Below, in pieces: positions 42,150-51,439 of a stretch of 64,000 nucleotides of DNA. Made by a program: the position numbers and the translations under genes. Position 1 is the stretch's first letter, and each line of letters starts with the position of its first letter. Under the pieces are notes generated by a model. The model was not told where the DNA came from. It was given only the letters and a program-made list of their open reading frames with translations, and made no database searches. Origin of the DNA: Spirochaetota bacterium (GTDB lineage: Bacteria; Spirochaetota; UBA6919; CBDBPB01); NCBI GenBank assembly GCA_965208615.1, contig CBDBPB010000006.1, positions 32,001-96,000 on the forward strand. The letters are read 5' to 3'.

Positions 42150-43187
42150 TTAGTTTCCCTTGCTTTTATCATTGGTTATTATTTCTGCGAATTTAAATAT
42201 TTCTATTGGGGGATAGAATTTTAGCTTTCTTGCAGTATTAATATTAATTAAAAGAGTAAATCTTTCTAGTCTTTCTATTGGTATATCTTTTGGATGCTTA
42301 TTATGGACTAAAATTGCTTCAGCCTTATATCCTGCAAATTTACCAACGTTAAAATATTTACTAACAAGACCAAATAAAGCACCGGCTTTTCGTATAGGTC
42401 CTTCAGTAGCAGAAAAACTGGGTATTTTGTATTTATTAAGTAGGGAAACAACTTTTTTAGCATTGGATATTATAAAAGAATCTGATGGTATATATACTAA
42501 TTGTGGTTTTTTAGTTAGTAATTTCTTAATGACTAAAGGTATACTATTAACATCAGGTTTTTTTGTTTTTTTGTTTATATGTATAGGAGCCTCTATAACC
42601 TTATATTTGTGTAATTTGGATAAGGTTTTTAATGATTCTACCGCGGCATTAGAGTTATTTTCTTTTGGATTATAAATAACTCCAAGTTTGTTAAATTTAT
42701 GTACAGCTTTCATGGTACTTATTTGTTTACGGTATGGTACTAAATGGGAAGTTCCAGTAACTTTTCGGTTTGACGACTTACGGGACTCTACAATTTTAGA
42801 CTTTACAGGATTGGCTACAATATTAAATACTATTGGTATATCTGTAATATAGTTTTTATTTATTTGTTTATAGTCTTTATATGTTCCTGCAATTGTTTTT
42901 GTTACAGTTGTTCCAAAGGTATATATAAGGTCTGGTTTTTGTTTACGAATATCGTTAATGATTTCTTTTAATTTCTTTTTATCTTGTTTACAATCCTTTA
43001 TAATAAACTTTACTCTGACTTTATTTTCTTTAAAATAGCTTTTAAATCCTTTTTCAGCAAGGGTTTCTCCTCTCCATAAAACCATATATATAGTATATAT
43101 TTTTTTATTATCAGGTTTTAGTTTATTTGGTATTAATATTCCAATTATTATTAAGAATAGGGTAATTATTTTCATTTTACAATTCAT
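42150..43187 (-). CDS. ABC-type solute-binding protein (COG2984/ABC_sub_bind-like), with no ABC permease or ATPase nearby
   Basis: Signal peptide, KPDLIYTFGT, IPIVF..VANPV, TGTS, GVIYNPKENNS, DIPIE..LLININTA. Confidence 0.88.
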   Translation of the reverse strand: MNCKMKIITLFLIIIGILIPNKLKPDNKKIYTIYMVLWRGETLAEKGFKSYFKENKVRVKFIIKDCKQDKKKLKEIINDIRKQKPDLIYTFGTTVTKTIAGTYKDYKQINKNYITDIPIVFNIVANPVKSKIVESRKSSNRKVTGTSHLVPYRKQISTMKAVHKFNKLGVIYNPKENNSNAAVESLKTLSKLHKYKVIEAPIHINKKTKKPDVNSIPLVIKKLLTKKPQLVYIPSDSFIISNAKKVVSLLNKYKIPSFSATEGPIRKAGALFGLVSKYFNVGKFAGYKAEAILVHNKHPKDIPIERLERFTLLININTARKLKFYPPIEIFKFAEIITNDKSKGN

Positions 43188-43316
43188 TTATTGTCTCCAA
43201 TAAAAATTGTTTTTGTCTACTATAAAGTTTATTTAGTAGAACTATATATTTTATTAATAAATGTTTTATAAAAAGGCAATTAAGTTAGTTTCTTTTTATA
43301 AAAGTTGGTTATTACT

Positions 43317-46300
43317 TTAAATAAAGTCATGTTTAAAGAATTCAGCTATTTTATATATATACCTGTCAGTTGAGTCATCTTGTGCATATTTATATCTGGC
43401 AAGTTTATCAACACCTATACGAATAAGATAGTCTTTAACTTCTTTGTTATCTATAATGTTATCAGACAAAACAGTATCTTCTTTATTACACAACTTCATC
43501 ATAGAGTTAGCCAAATTAAATACTTCTCCAAGGAAGTCTGGTTCTCCGTTACGGTTAAGGAATAAGCTATTTCCACGTTAATGGCGGAATAGAACATTGG
43601 TAGTTTTCCTTTAAGTTTTTTAGAAGAAAGAGGTGTAGACTGATCATTTAATAGATCAAAAAGTATTTTTTTAGACTCAATAAGCCCTTTTATGCTGTCT
43701 AAAGGGCTAAGAAAAGATACTTTAATAAAGTTATCAGCAATATCAAGGGTTATACCGCTATATTTTCTAAAAACTTTGCTGAGTTCTAAAAATACTTTTT
43801 CAAGAAATAGTTTAAAAGAAAGGGGTAGCTTTTTACTATCTAAAGTACAGGCTAAGTATAAAATAGTAAGGTCATTAACGCCTACTTTTCCCTTTATAGT
43901 TTTATTACTAAAAAGTTCCTTTTGCCCTATAATGTGTATTAAGTCTAAACCAGAAAGTCTTTTTGGCATAAGGCTAATATCAAGAGGAGATGTTTTTTTA
44001 GAGAATAAAATAAAACCAATATTTTCATCGCTATTATTTTCTATAACAAACTCAACAGGACCTTGATTAATATTTATCATATTTGAGGAAAAATTATTTT
44101 TTGTATATTTAATCTCTAAAGATTGTTCATCATTACTAAAGGTTTTTCCTGAAGTAAGAGTACCTTTAGCTAATAAAAAAGGACAAAGATAAATATATTC
44201 TCCTTGTTCTAAAAAGGCTTTACTAATAAATGATTCACCTTCTTTAAGAGTTAGATCAATTTTTTTATCTATTTGTTCTGGTATAATATAAATAGGATAA
44301 TTAGATAGTTTTTTTACCTCTTGATTAATGGTAAAAACAACTTCTATAAGCTCATCCAATAGCACACTAAACTGGTTATCGCATAACTCGCAATATGAAA
44401 AAGGTTTTAGATCAGTTAAATGGGAGTGTACTTCTGTAACACAATTACAATATGCACAGTGTACCAGAACTTCCATATCAAAAAGTTCGACTTTATTAGA
44501 ATAGTATAAATATGTTAAAAGGAATTTTTTATCAATATTAAGTTTATTAGATAACTGGTAAATATTAACTCTATATAGTTCTTCGTCTTTAGCCTCTATA
44601 ATAAACACTTTTAATCTTTTTTTTATGTTACCATAAATGTCATAATATGGAACTAGTTTATCGTTATACAGTTCAGTAATTTTTTCTATTTTACTATCCA
44701 GCCATATCTCTAATTCAGTTTTATCTTTTTTTATATCAACAATGTTAGAAGGTATTTTTTCTTTTTTATCAGCTATAATTGTATGAGGATGGATTTTACT
44801 TTTTTTAAAGTCAAACACAATAAACATGAAGGCAAAAAGTCCACTACCAGTAAGAGTCATTATTCCAAGGGCAGTAATTGCTAAAGCAGGCTCCTGATAA
44901 TAGCTAATAAGATAACCCATAACAATAGGGCCAATAATATTACCAGTTCTTTCTAGTAGCCTAAACATACCAACTACAGTACCTATACCTATTTTTTTAC
45001 CTTCTGGTCTACATATCTCAGTTATTAGAGTAAGCTGTGAAGAAACTGCAATAGCATGTCCTAGTCCTACTAAAAATATGCAAATAATAACTCCTATTAT
45101 GTTATTGGGCCAAAAATAAACTATTAACAATCCTCCACCAGCAATAAAAGTTCCTATAATAATAAATACTTTTCTATTTTTTATTTTATCAGCTAGCTTA
45201 GCAATAATAGGTGAGCCAATAATCATAGCTAAACCATAAGCCATAATTGCTCGTCCAATATCTGCCTGATTAATGTCAATAGATTTAAGGTATTGGGGTA
45301 CAGTTAAGTATATAAAGCCAACCAAACAAATCTTAGCAGGTATAGCAATAAATAATGTCAGTACTAAAAACTCTCTGTTAGAGAAAAGTAATGTTAGATC
45401 AGTAAACTTAAACTTTTTTTTAGCTTTCTTTGTATCTATATTTTGGTCATATAAAAAGTAGTAAACAAATATCGCAGATATAAGACTCAAGACTCCGGAT
45501 ACAAAAAAGGTACTTTTATACCCAATATGATTAGCTAATATTCCTCCTATAGCAGATCCTGCGAGTGCACCAGCAAAAAAACCAGATAAGAATAGGGCCA
45601 TACCTCTACTTCTATTATCTGGGCTAGTATTATCTATTACATAGCCCTGACTAGATATAAAAACAATTCCGTATCCAATGGCAGTTATGGCCCTAATAAT
45701 AAGAAGGTCATATATATTAGTTGCTAAGCCTGTGCTAGTTAGGCCTATGGCGGTAATTATTGCACCAACTATAAAAGGTTTACGACGCCCAATACGATCA
45801 GACCAGGATCCTGAAGGTACTAATGATAATGCCCAAAATAGCATAAAAATAGATATAGGGAGTCCTATAATAATTTCTTTACTCAGCCAAGAAGAAAGAA
45901 CTCCGTTTACAGAGTATAGTTCATCTACATAAAGAGGGAAAAAGGAAATGGAAAAGGATTCTGAAAATATTAATAAAAATAATGCTGGTCTAATGTATGC
46001 TAAGTTACTAGCTGTAAACTTAATAGGCTTATCGATATTACCAAATTTGTATTTTAAGTCTATTTTTTTTAATATGTTTTCTGGCATCTCAAATTTGCTT
46101 AGGTGTATTATTTTACCTACTAGCGTATAATAGGCATTATTTATTTTACTTACTGTTTCGTTGTATAGTGCTATAAGCTTACCTATTTCATCTTTTGATT
46201 TAAAGGATAAGTATTTAGAAAAGTTACCTTTAGATGCAGTAGATAATACATCATTAAGAGAGGTCATTGGAGCAGAAACAGTATGAGCAACAAAAAATAC

Positions 46301-46852
46301 AACAAGTTGAAATGCGACTAAAAATGTTATTACAATTACGGTTAGTATGTCGTAATACATTTCTTTTAGTTTATCTTGAACAAATTCTTTAGTAATCCCG
46401 AGGTGAAGGGTACCTAGCAATTTATTATTTATTTTAATTGGTAGAGAGCTATTGTGATATTTGCTAATTAAGGTATATCTATATGTATTAAGAGTTCTAA
46501 CGTTTTTTTGTTTAAAGTATTTTTTAATTTCTTTATCGAGCTTACCATGGTGATGTAGAACTTCTCCGTTTAAGTCATTTATGGATAAATATTTAATTTC
46601 TTTATTTGCATCTAAGATATTAATAAAGTGTTGTTTAGTATTTATTTTTTGAAAAGGAAAGATTTTTACATGTTTTATAATAAGTTTGTTTATAGATTCT
46701 CCAATAATTTTTGATTTATTGTGGATTTCTGGAGTTAGTTTTTTTTCAAATTGGTCTATAGAAAAGTATGATATTAACAAAGAGGATAAAATAACTAAGA
46801 ATAGTGTAAAGCTAAGAATTTTTCTATTTATACTATGAGAATTAGTTGCCAT
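43317..46852 (-). CDS. Cache-like/HAMP - MFS transporter - DUF5939-like - degenerate class III cyclase fusion (~1178 aa; apparent 1-nt deletion at ~43573)
   Basis: HAMP (APM..GNF..DEIGKL..YN), MFS motif A GSWSDRIGRR, CAYC/CELC..IEVVF block. ORF 43499..46852 joins ORF 43317..43514 if one G is added, giving INVGNSLFLNRNGEPDFLGEVFNLANS. Confidence 0.8.
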
Positions 46853-47672
46853 TAAGATTTTCTACCTTACCATATTTAAATTTACTATCTATAGAGTCAA
46901 TATCTTTAATTAATTCTTTTCTTATTTTGTTGAAGGCCAAAAAGTCTTTTAGCGAGTCAGGTTTTTTACTACTTAAATGAGGAAGTTTAGTGCTATGGCC
47001 TTCTAGGGTCGAAGCCATAAATTTAAAATCTTTTATAACATTGCGAAGATATAAATAAACTCCAACGGTAGTAATTATTGTAAATATTATAAAAATGCTT
47101 ATTCCTCCTTGAGAAAGTACTAAGATCATTCCGTCAACACTATCTTCAAGGTATTCTTTTGAATATCCTAAAATCACTGCACCTTGTTTTACGCCAAAGT
47201 TGTTTATAAAGGGTAGTCCAATTACTATGGCTTTTTTAGTTTCAGGCAGTCGGACTATTACATTTTTACTACTCACAGTTTTTTTAATATTATTTTCTTT
47301 ACTAACAGTAGTTTTTCTTAATATTTTTTCTTTCCAAGAGGAGCTAACATTAGTATTAATGTTTTCAGCACTAGTAGAGAATATTATTTTTCCTTTATTA
47401 TTAATTACCTGTATAAAGTCTATATTTTCATCACTTTGTTTTTGTTCGATGAATGAGGTTTTTATACTTTCTACGCTATTATCTGTATTTAATCCGAGGT
47501 TTAGTTGATATTCTAGAGCTTCTTTCATATTTTCTATAACTACGCTATATGTTGTACTAACTAGTTTTGTATAGGTATTTTTAAAGTTATAGAAGTTCAA
47601 GAAGGCGTTTAGAACCAAGGAAAAAAGTAGAACAAACATAATCATAATGGATATTTTAAGTGATAAGCCCAT
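46842..47672 (-). CDS. Two-TM membrane protein with extracytoplasmic Cache-like domain and no output domain
   Basis: TM, IDFIQVINNKGKIIFST..IGLPFINNFG..GAVILGY, TM, short tail. Overlaps the start of the MFS fusion by 11 nt. Confidence 0.65.
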   Translation of the reverse strand: MGLSLKISIMIMFVLLFSLVLNAFLNFYNFKNTYTKLVSTTYSVVIENMKEALEYQLNLGLNTDNSVESIKTSFIEQKQSDENIDFIQVINNKGKIIFSTSAENINTNVSSSWKEKILRKTTVSKENNIKKTVSSKNVIVRLPETKKAIVIGLPFINNFGVKQGAVILGYSKEYLEDSVDGMILVLSQGGISIFIIFTIITTVGVYLYLRNVIKDFKFMASTLEGHSTKLPHLSSKKPDSLKDFLAFNKIRKELIKDIDSIDSKFKYGKVENLNGN

Positions 47673-47956
47673 TTTTATTTCTCAAAAGAATTTTTTTATA
47701 TTATAAAGCATTATAAATTTAATAATTTTTAAGGATAATTTATTATTAAATTAATCGATAAGTTATTGCTCAAAATTAAGCAAACTATAAATAAATTGGA
47801 ATTGATCTTAGATACAATAAAAAAAGAAGCAATTTAGCCATTATTATTATGGTTAACTTATTAATAAATTAAATAAGGTTAGAAAATATTAAAAAGTATA
47901 ACACAGAAACATGGATAAATAAAGTTTTCACCAGTAAAAAAGGGTGTAAAATAGCA

Positions 47957-49333
47957 TTGGTATATCCTAATGAATACTCTTTGGGTATGAGTAATTTAGG
48001 TTTTCAAGGACTGTTTTATAATCTTGTTAAAGTTCGTAACCTTCATATAAATAGATTTTTTTTTAACCCTAAAAAAAATAAAACTATTTCTCCAGAAAAA
48101 GATTTTAATTTAAATCAGGCAAAAATAATTTTAATATCTCTTTCCTTTGAGCTAGACTTTATAAACATCATTAAAATCTTGACTTCTAACAACATAAACC
48201 CCCATACTAATAAAAGAGTAGATGGCTTTATTGGTGTTGGAGGTATTTTTGCTAATCTCAATCCAGATTTTTGCTTGGCATTTGCTGATATTATATTTAT
48301 GGGAGAGTTTGAATGCTATATTAGCAATATTATAGAGCTATGTTTATTGTCTTTTAATAAAAATAGATATGGCATTATTGATCTTGCACATAAAGTAGTA
48401 GAAAACTTTATCTACCGTGGTAGTGATGATAAGATACCCATTTGTCAACCTCTAAAAGAGCCTAACTTTAGTAATATTTTAACACCAAATTCTAGTTTTT
48501 CCAATACTCTATTGGTAGAAATTAGTAGAGGATGCTTGTTTAACTGTAGGTTTTGTATAGTACCATCTATATATGGTAAGATTAGGTTTTTTGATAAAAA
48601 TAAGCTTTTTAAAATATTTGATATGGGGCTTGTAAAAACTTCAAAAGTTGGACTAATAAGTACTCTAACTACTGAACATCCTAATCTAAAAGAAATGGTA
48701 TATTATATTAATAAAAAAGGTGGAAAAGTTAGTTTTTCTTCTCTTAGGGTTGAGGATATTGATGATGAACTCCTTAGTATTATTAAAGATAATGGACAAA
48801 ATATTTTAACTATAGCTCCAGAGGTAGCCTCTGAAAAGCTCAAAAGAAAAATTAGGAAGTTTATAAAAACTGAAACTATAATTAATACTTTTCAACGGGG
48901 TATAGTAAAAGGTATTAAAAAGTTTAAGCTTTATTTTATTATTGGCTTTGAAGAAGAAAACCAGGAAGATTTATATAGTATTGTTGAACTAGTTAAATCT
49001 CTTAGGACTATGGCATTATCATATACAAAAGAACTTAAGTATATGCCAGAAATAATACTTAGTATTAATCAATTTATACCTAAACCTCATTCAAAGTTAG
49101 AGGGAGAGGTTTTTTTAAATAAAGTAGATATAGAAAAAAAAATAAAATATATTAAAAAATTATTACTACCCTTGGGTATAACCATAAAAGTGGATGACTA
49201 TATAAAAAGTTTTTTTCAGTGGTACTTCGGTAAAGGTGATAAGCTAACCTCGACTAGGATAATCGATTTAATAATAGAAAATCATTCTAAGAAAGGCTTA
49301 TACCGTAAAATAAAGGGGTATAAGCCAAAATAG
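47957..49333 (+). CDS. Radical SAM protein with B12-binding-like N-terminal region; true start probably upstream
   Basis: YPNEYSLGMSNLGFQ, EISRGCLFNCRFC, SSLR, TIAPE, KLYFIIG, FIPKPHS. The frame is open back to 47873. Confidence 0.85.
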   Translation: MVYPNEYSLGMSNLGFQGLFYNLVKVRNLHINRFFFNPKKNKTISPEKDFNLNQAKIILISLSFELDFINIIKILTSNNINPHTNKRVDGFIGVGGIFANLNPDFCLAFADIIFMGEFECYISNIIELCLLSFNKNRYGIIDLAHKVVENFIYRGSDDKIPICQPLKEPNFSNILTPNSSFSNTLLVEISRGCLFNCRFCIVPSIYGKIRFFDKNKLFKIFDMGLVKTSKVGLISTLTTEHPNLKEMVYYINKKGGKVSFSSLRVEDIDDELLSIIKDNGQNILTIAPEVASEKLKRKIRKFIKTETIINTFQRGIVKGIKKFKLYFIIGFEEENQEDLYSIVELVKSLRTMALSYTKELKYMPEIILSINQFIPKPHSKLEGEVFLNKVDIEKKIKYIKKLLLPLGITIKVDDYIKSFFQWYFGKGDKLTSTRIIDLIIENHSKKGLYRKIKGYKPK

Positions 49334-49336
49334 TTA

Positions 49337-50884
49337 TTATATTCTGTCTTTTATAAGGGTAGTTTTTAACTCTCTAAGTTTAATAACTTTGTTTATAGCA
49401 CTAACATATGCCTTAGCACTTGCATATATTATATCAGTACTTGATCCATGACCAGAGCTATGCTCTTTTTCATGGTTAATAACTATACTGACCTCTCCCA
49501 TAGCCTCAGTACCAGGGGTTACGGCATTAATTGTATATCGTTCTAGCTTTACGTTAATACCAGTTATTTTATCAATGGCTTTAAAGAGAGCGTTAACTGG
49601 TCCATCACCTGTTGAGGCAGATTTAAACTTTTTGTTATCTTTATCTAAAACAACTGTTGCACTGGATACAGCTGGATCACTACCACAAAAAGTATGAAAA
49701 TCAAAGATTTTATATATTTGATCACTACGCTGTATTTCATCAGCTATAATAGAGTAAAGATCTTCATCATATACTTCCTTTTTTTTATCTGCCACTAAAA
49801 CAAACCTATTATATACCTTGTCAATTTCTTCATTAGACAATGCTATGCTTAAATCTTCTAAACGGCTTTTCAAGCCATGTTTACCTGAGTGTCTACCTAA
49901 TACCATTGAACTTTTAGGCCTACCAATAGATTGGGGAGTCATAATCTCATATGTTTGACTAGATTTTAACATTCCATCTTGATGTATGCCTGCTTCGTGT
50001 GCAAAAGCATTTTTTCCAACAATGGCTTTATTTGGCTGTACAGATACCCCTGTAATCTTTGACAATAGAGTACTGGTGTAATAAATTTCTTTAGCCTTTA
50101 CAGTTGAAGGTATTTTGTAAAAGTCTTTTCTTACATTCAAACTCATTACTATTTCTTCCAAAGAGGCGTTACCAGCACGCTCACCAATACCGTTTATGGT
50201 ACACTCTACTTGTCTTGCACCTGCACTAATCGCAGAAAGAGAGTTAGCCACCGCTAAACCAAGGTCATTATGACAGTGTACGCTTATAATAGAGTTATTT
50301 ATATTTTTGACATTTTTAAAAAGTTTAGTTATTAGGTTATAAAATTCTAAAGGAGTACTATATCCAACAGTATCGGGTATGTTAACCACATTAGCACCGG
50401 CCTCAATAACCCCAGATGTTATTTCTGATAGAAAGCCAATATCACTTCTACTTGCGTCTTCGGCAGAGAACTCTACATCTTTACAAAGGGATTTTGCTAA
50501 TTTTACAGAGTCTATTGCCATTTTTAGAACATCATTAGATGACTTTCTTAATTTGTATTTCATGTGAATAGGGCTTGTGGCGATAAAGGTATGTATTCTT
50601 GGATTGTTGGAGTGTTTTACTGCCTCATAACATGTTGTAATATCTTTTTCCATAGCCCTTGCTAAGCCGGATATAATTGTTCCTTTAACCTCTTTGGCAA
50701 TACGTTTTACAGCTTCAAACTGAACGTGAGATGAAATAGGAAATCCAGCTTCAATAATATCCACTTTTAATTTACTAAGTTGGTTAGCAAGCATAACTTT
50801 TTCATCTATATCCATGGAAAACCCTGGAGCTTGTTCTCCATCTCGTAAGGTGGTATCCAATATATAAATTTTGTTTTGTTTCAT
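49337..50884 (-). CDS. leuA: 2-isopropylmalate synthase
   Basis: DTTLRDGEQAPG, HCHNDLGLAVAN, GIGERAGN, AFAHEAGIHQDG and a C-terminal regulatory domain (GDGPV). Confidence 0.95.
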   Translation of the reverse strand: MKQNKIYILDTTLRDGEQAPGFSMDIDEKVMLANQLSKLKVDIIEAGFPISSHVQFEAVKRIAKEVKGTIISGLARAMEKDITTCYEAVKHSNNPRIHTFIATSPIHMKYKLRKSSNDVLKMAIDSVKLAKSLCKDVEFSAEDASRSDIGFLSEITSGVIEAGANVVNIPDTVGYSTPLEFYNLITKLFKNVKNINNSIISVHCHNDLGLAVANSLSAISAGARQVECTINGIGERAGNASLEEIVMSLNVRKDFYKIPSTVKAKEIYYTSTLLSKITGVSVQPNKAIVGKNAFAHEAGIHQDGMLKSSQTYEIMTPQSIGRPKSSMVLGRHSGKHGLKSRLEDLSIALSNEEIDKVYNRFVLVADKKKEVYDEDLYSIIADEIQRSDQIYKIFDFHTFCGSDPAVSSATVVLDKDNKKFKSASTGDGPVNALFKAIDKITGINVKLERYTINAVTPGTEAMGEVSIVINHEKEHSSGHGSSTDIIYASAKAYVSAINKVIKLRELKTTLIKDRI

Positions 50885-50966
50885 AATTACCCCCTATAAT
50901 TATATGAAAGTATATATCTAATTGATTTATAAGCAATAAGGTAATAGATAATAAGATATTTACCCC

Positions 50967-51053
50967 TTAAAGGGGTAGGAGTTTATAAAGGAGAGTTAAT
51001 TTAATAAAACCTAATTTTATTTGATTATGATAAGAGATGATTTTAGGTATCAT
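50967..51053 (-). CDS. Putative leuA leader peptide (28 aa)
   Basis: MIPKIISYHNQIKLGFIKLTLLYKLLPL*, with 6 Leu in the last 10 codons. Its stop overlaps the hairpin at 50961-50977. Confidence 0.55.
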   Translation of the reverse strand: MIPKIISYHNQIKLGFIKLTLLYKLLPL

Positions 51054-51084
51054 AATATTACTATTAGTCTATTTAATTTTATTT

Positions 51085-51113
51085 AAGATAATAAAGGTTA
51101 TTGCTAAAGTAAA
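51085..51113 (-). promoter_or_regulatory. Candidate sigma70 promoter for the leader-leuA transcript
   Basis: Minus strand TTTACT-17 nt-TATCTT. Weak evidence in an AT-rich background. Confidence 0.3.
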
Positions 51114-51439
51114 GATTTTTAGTTTTTTTATTTTATAGGTTTATACGATGGCTTAAGAAAACTGTTTAATTCTAAATTAGTTTGTTAGTTGCTATAAACT
51201 ATTTAATTTTTTAAAAAATTTAATATACAAAATAAAGTTATAATTTAGTATATTAAAATGAGACAATTACTAATTCGTATAAACCTAGTCTAGAGTATTG
51301 TTATTAAAATAAACTTGTACATAAAAGTCTAGGGATATGTTTTGCTAGAGCATTATATTGAAAGCTTAGGATTGTTTAATTTTAAATATATTAGTTCAAA
51401 TCTAAGGTAAATAATTTTCCCTAAAAATCAGGAATATTT

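Noticed and set aside
43317-43514. 65-aa ORF as an independent gene
   Set aside because: Better explained as the frameshifted C-terminus of the MFS fusion, completing the cyclase-like motif
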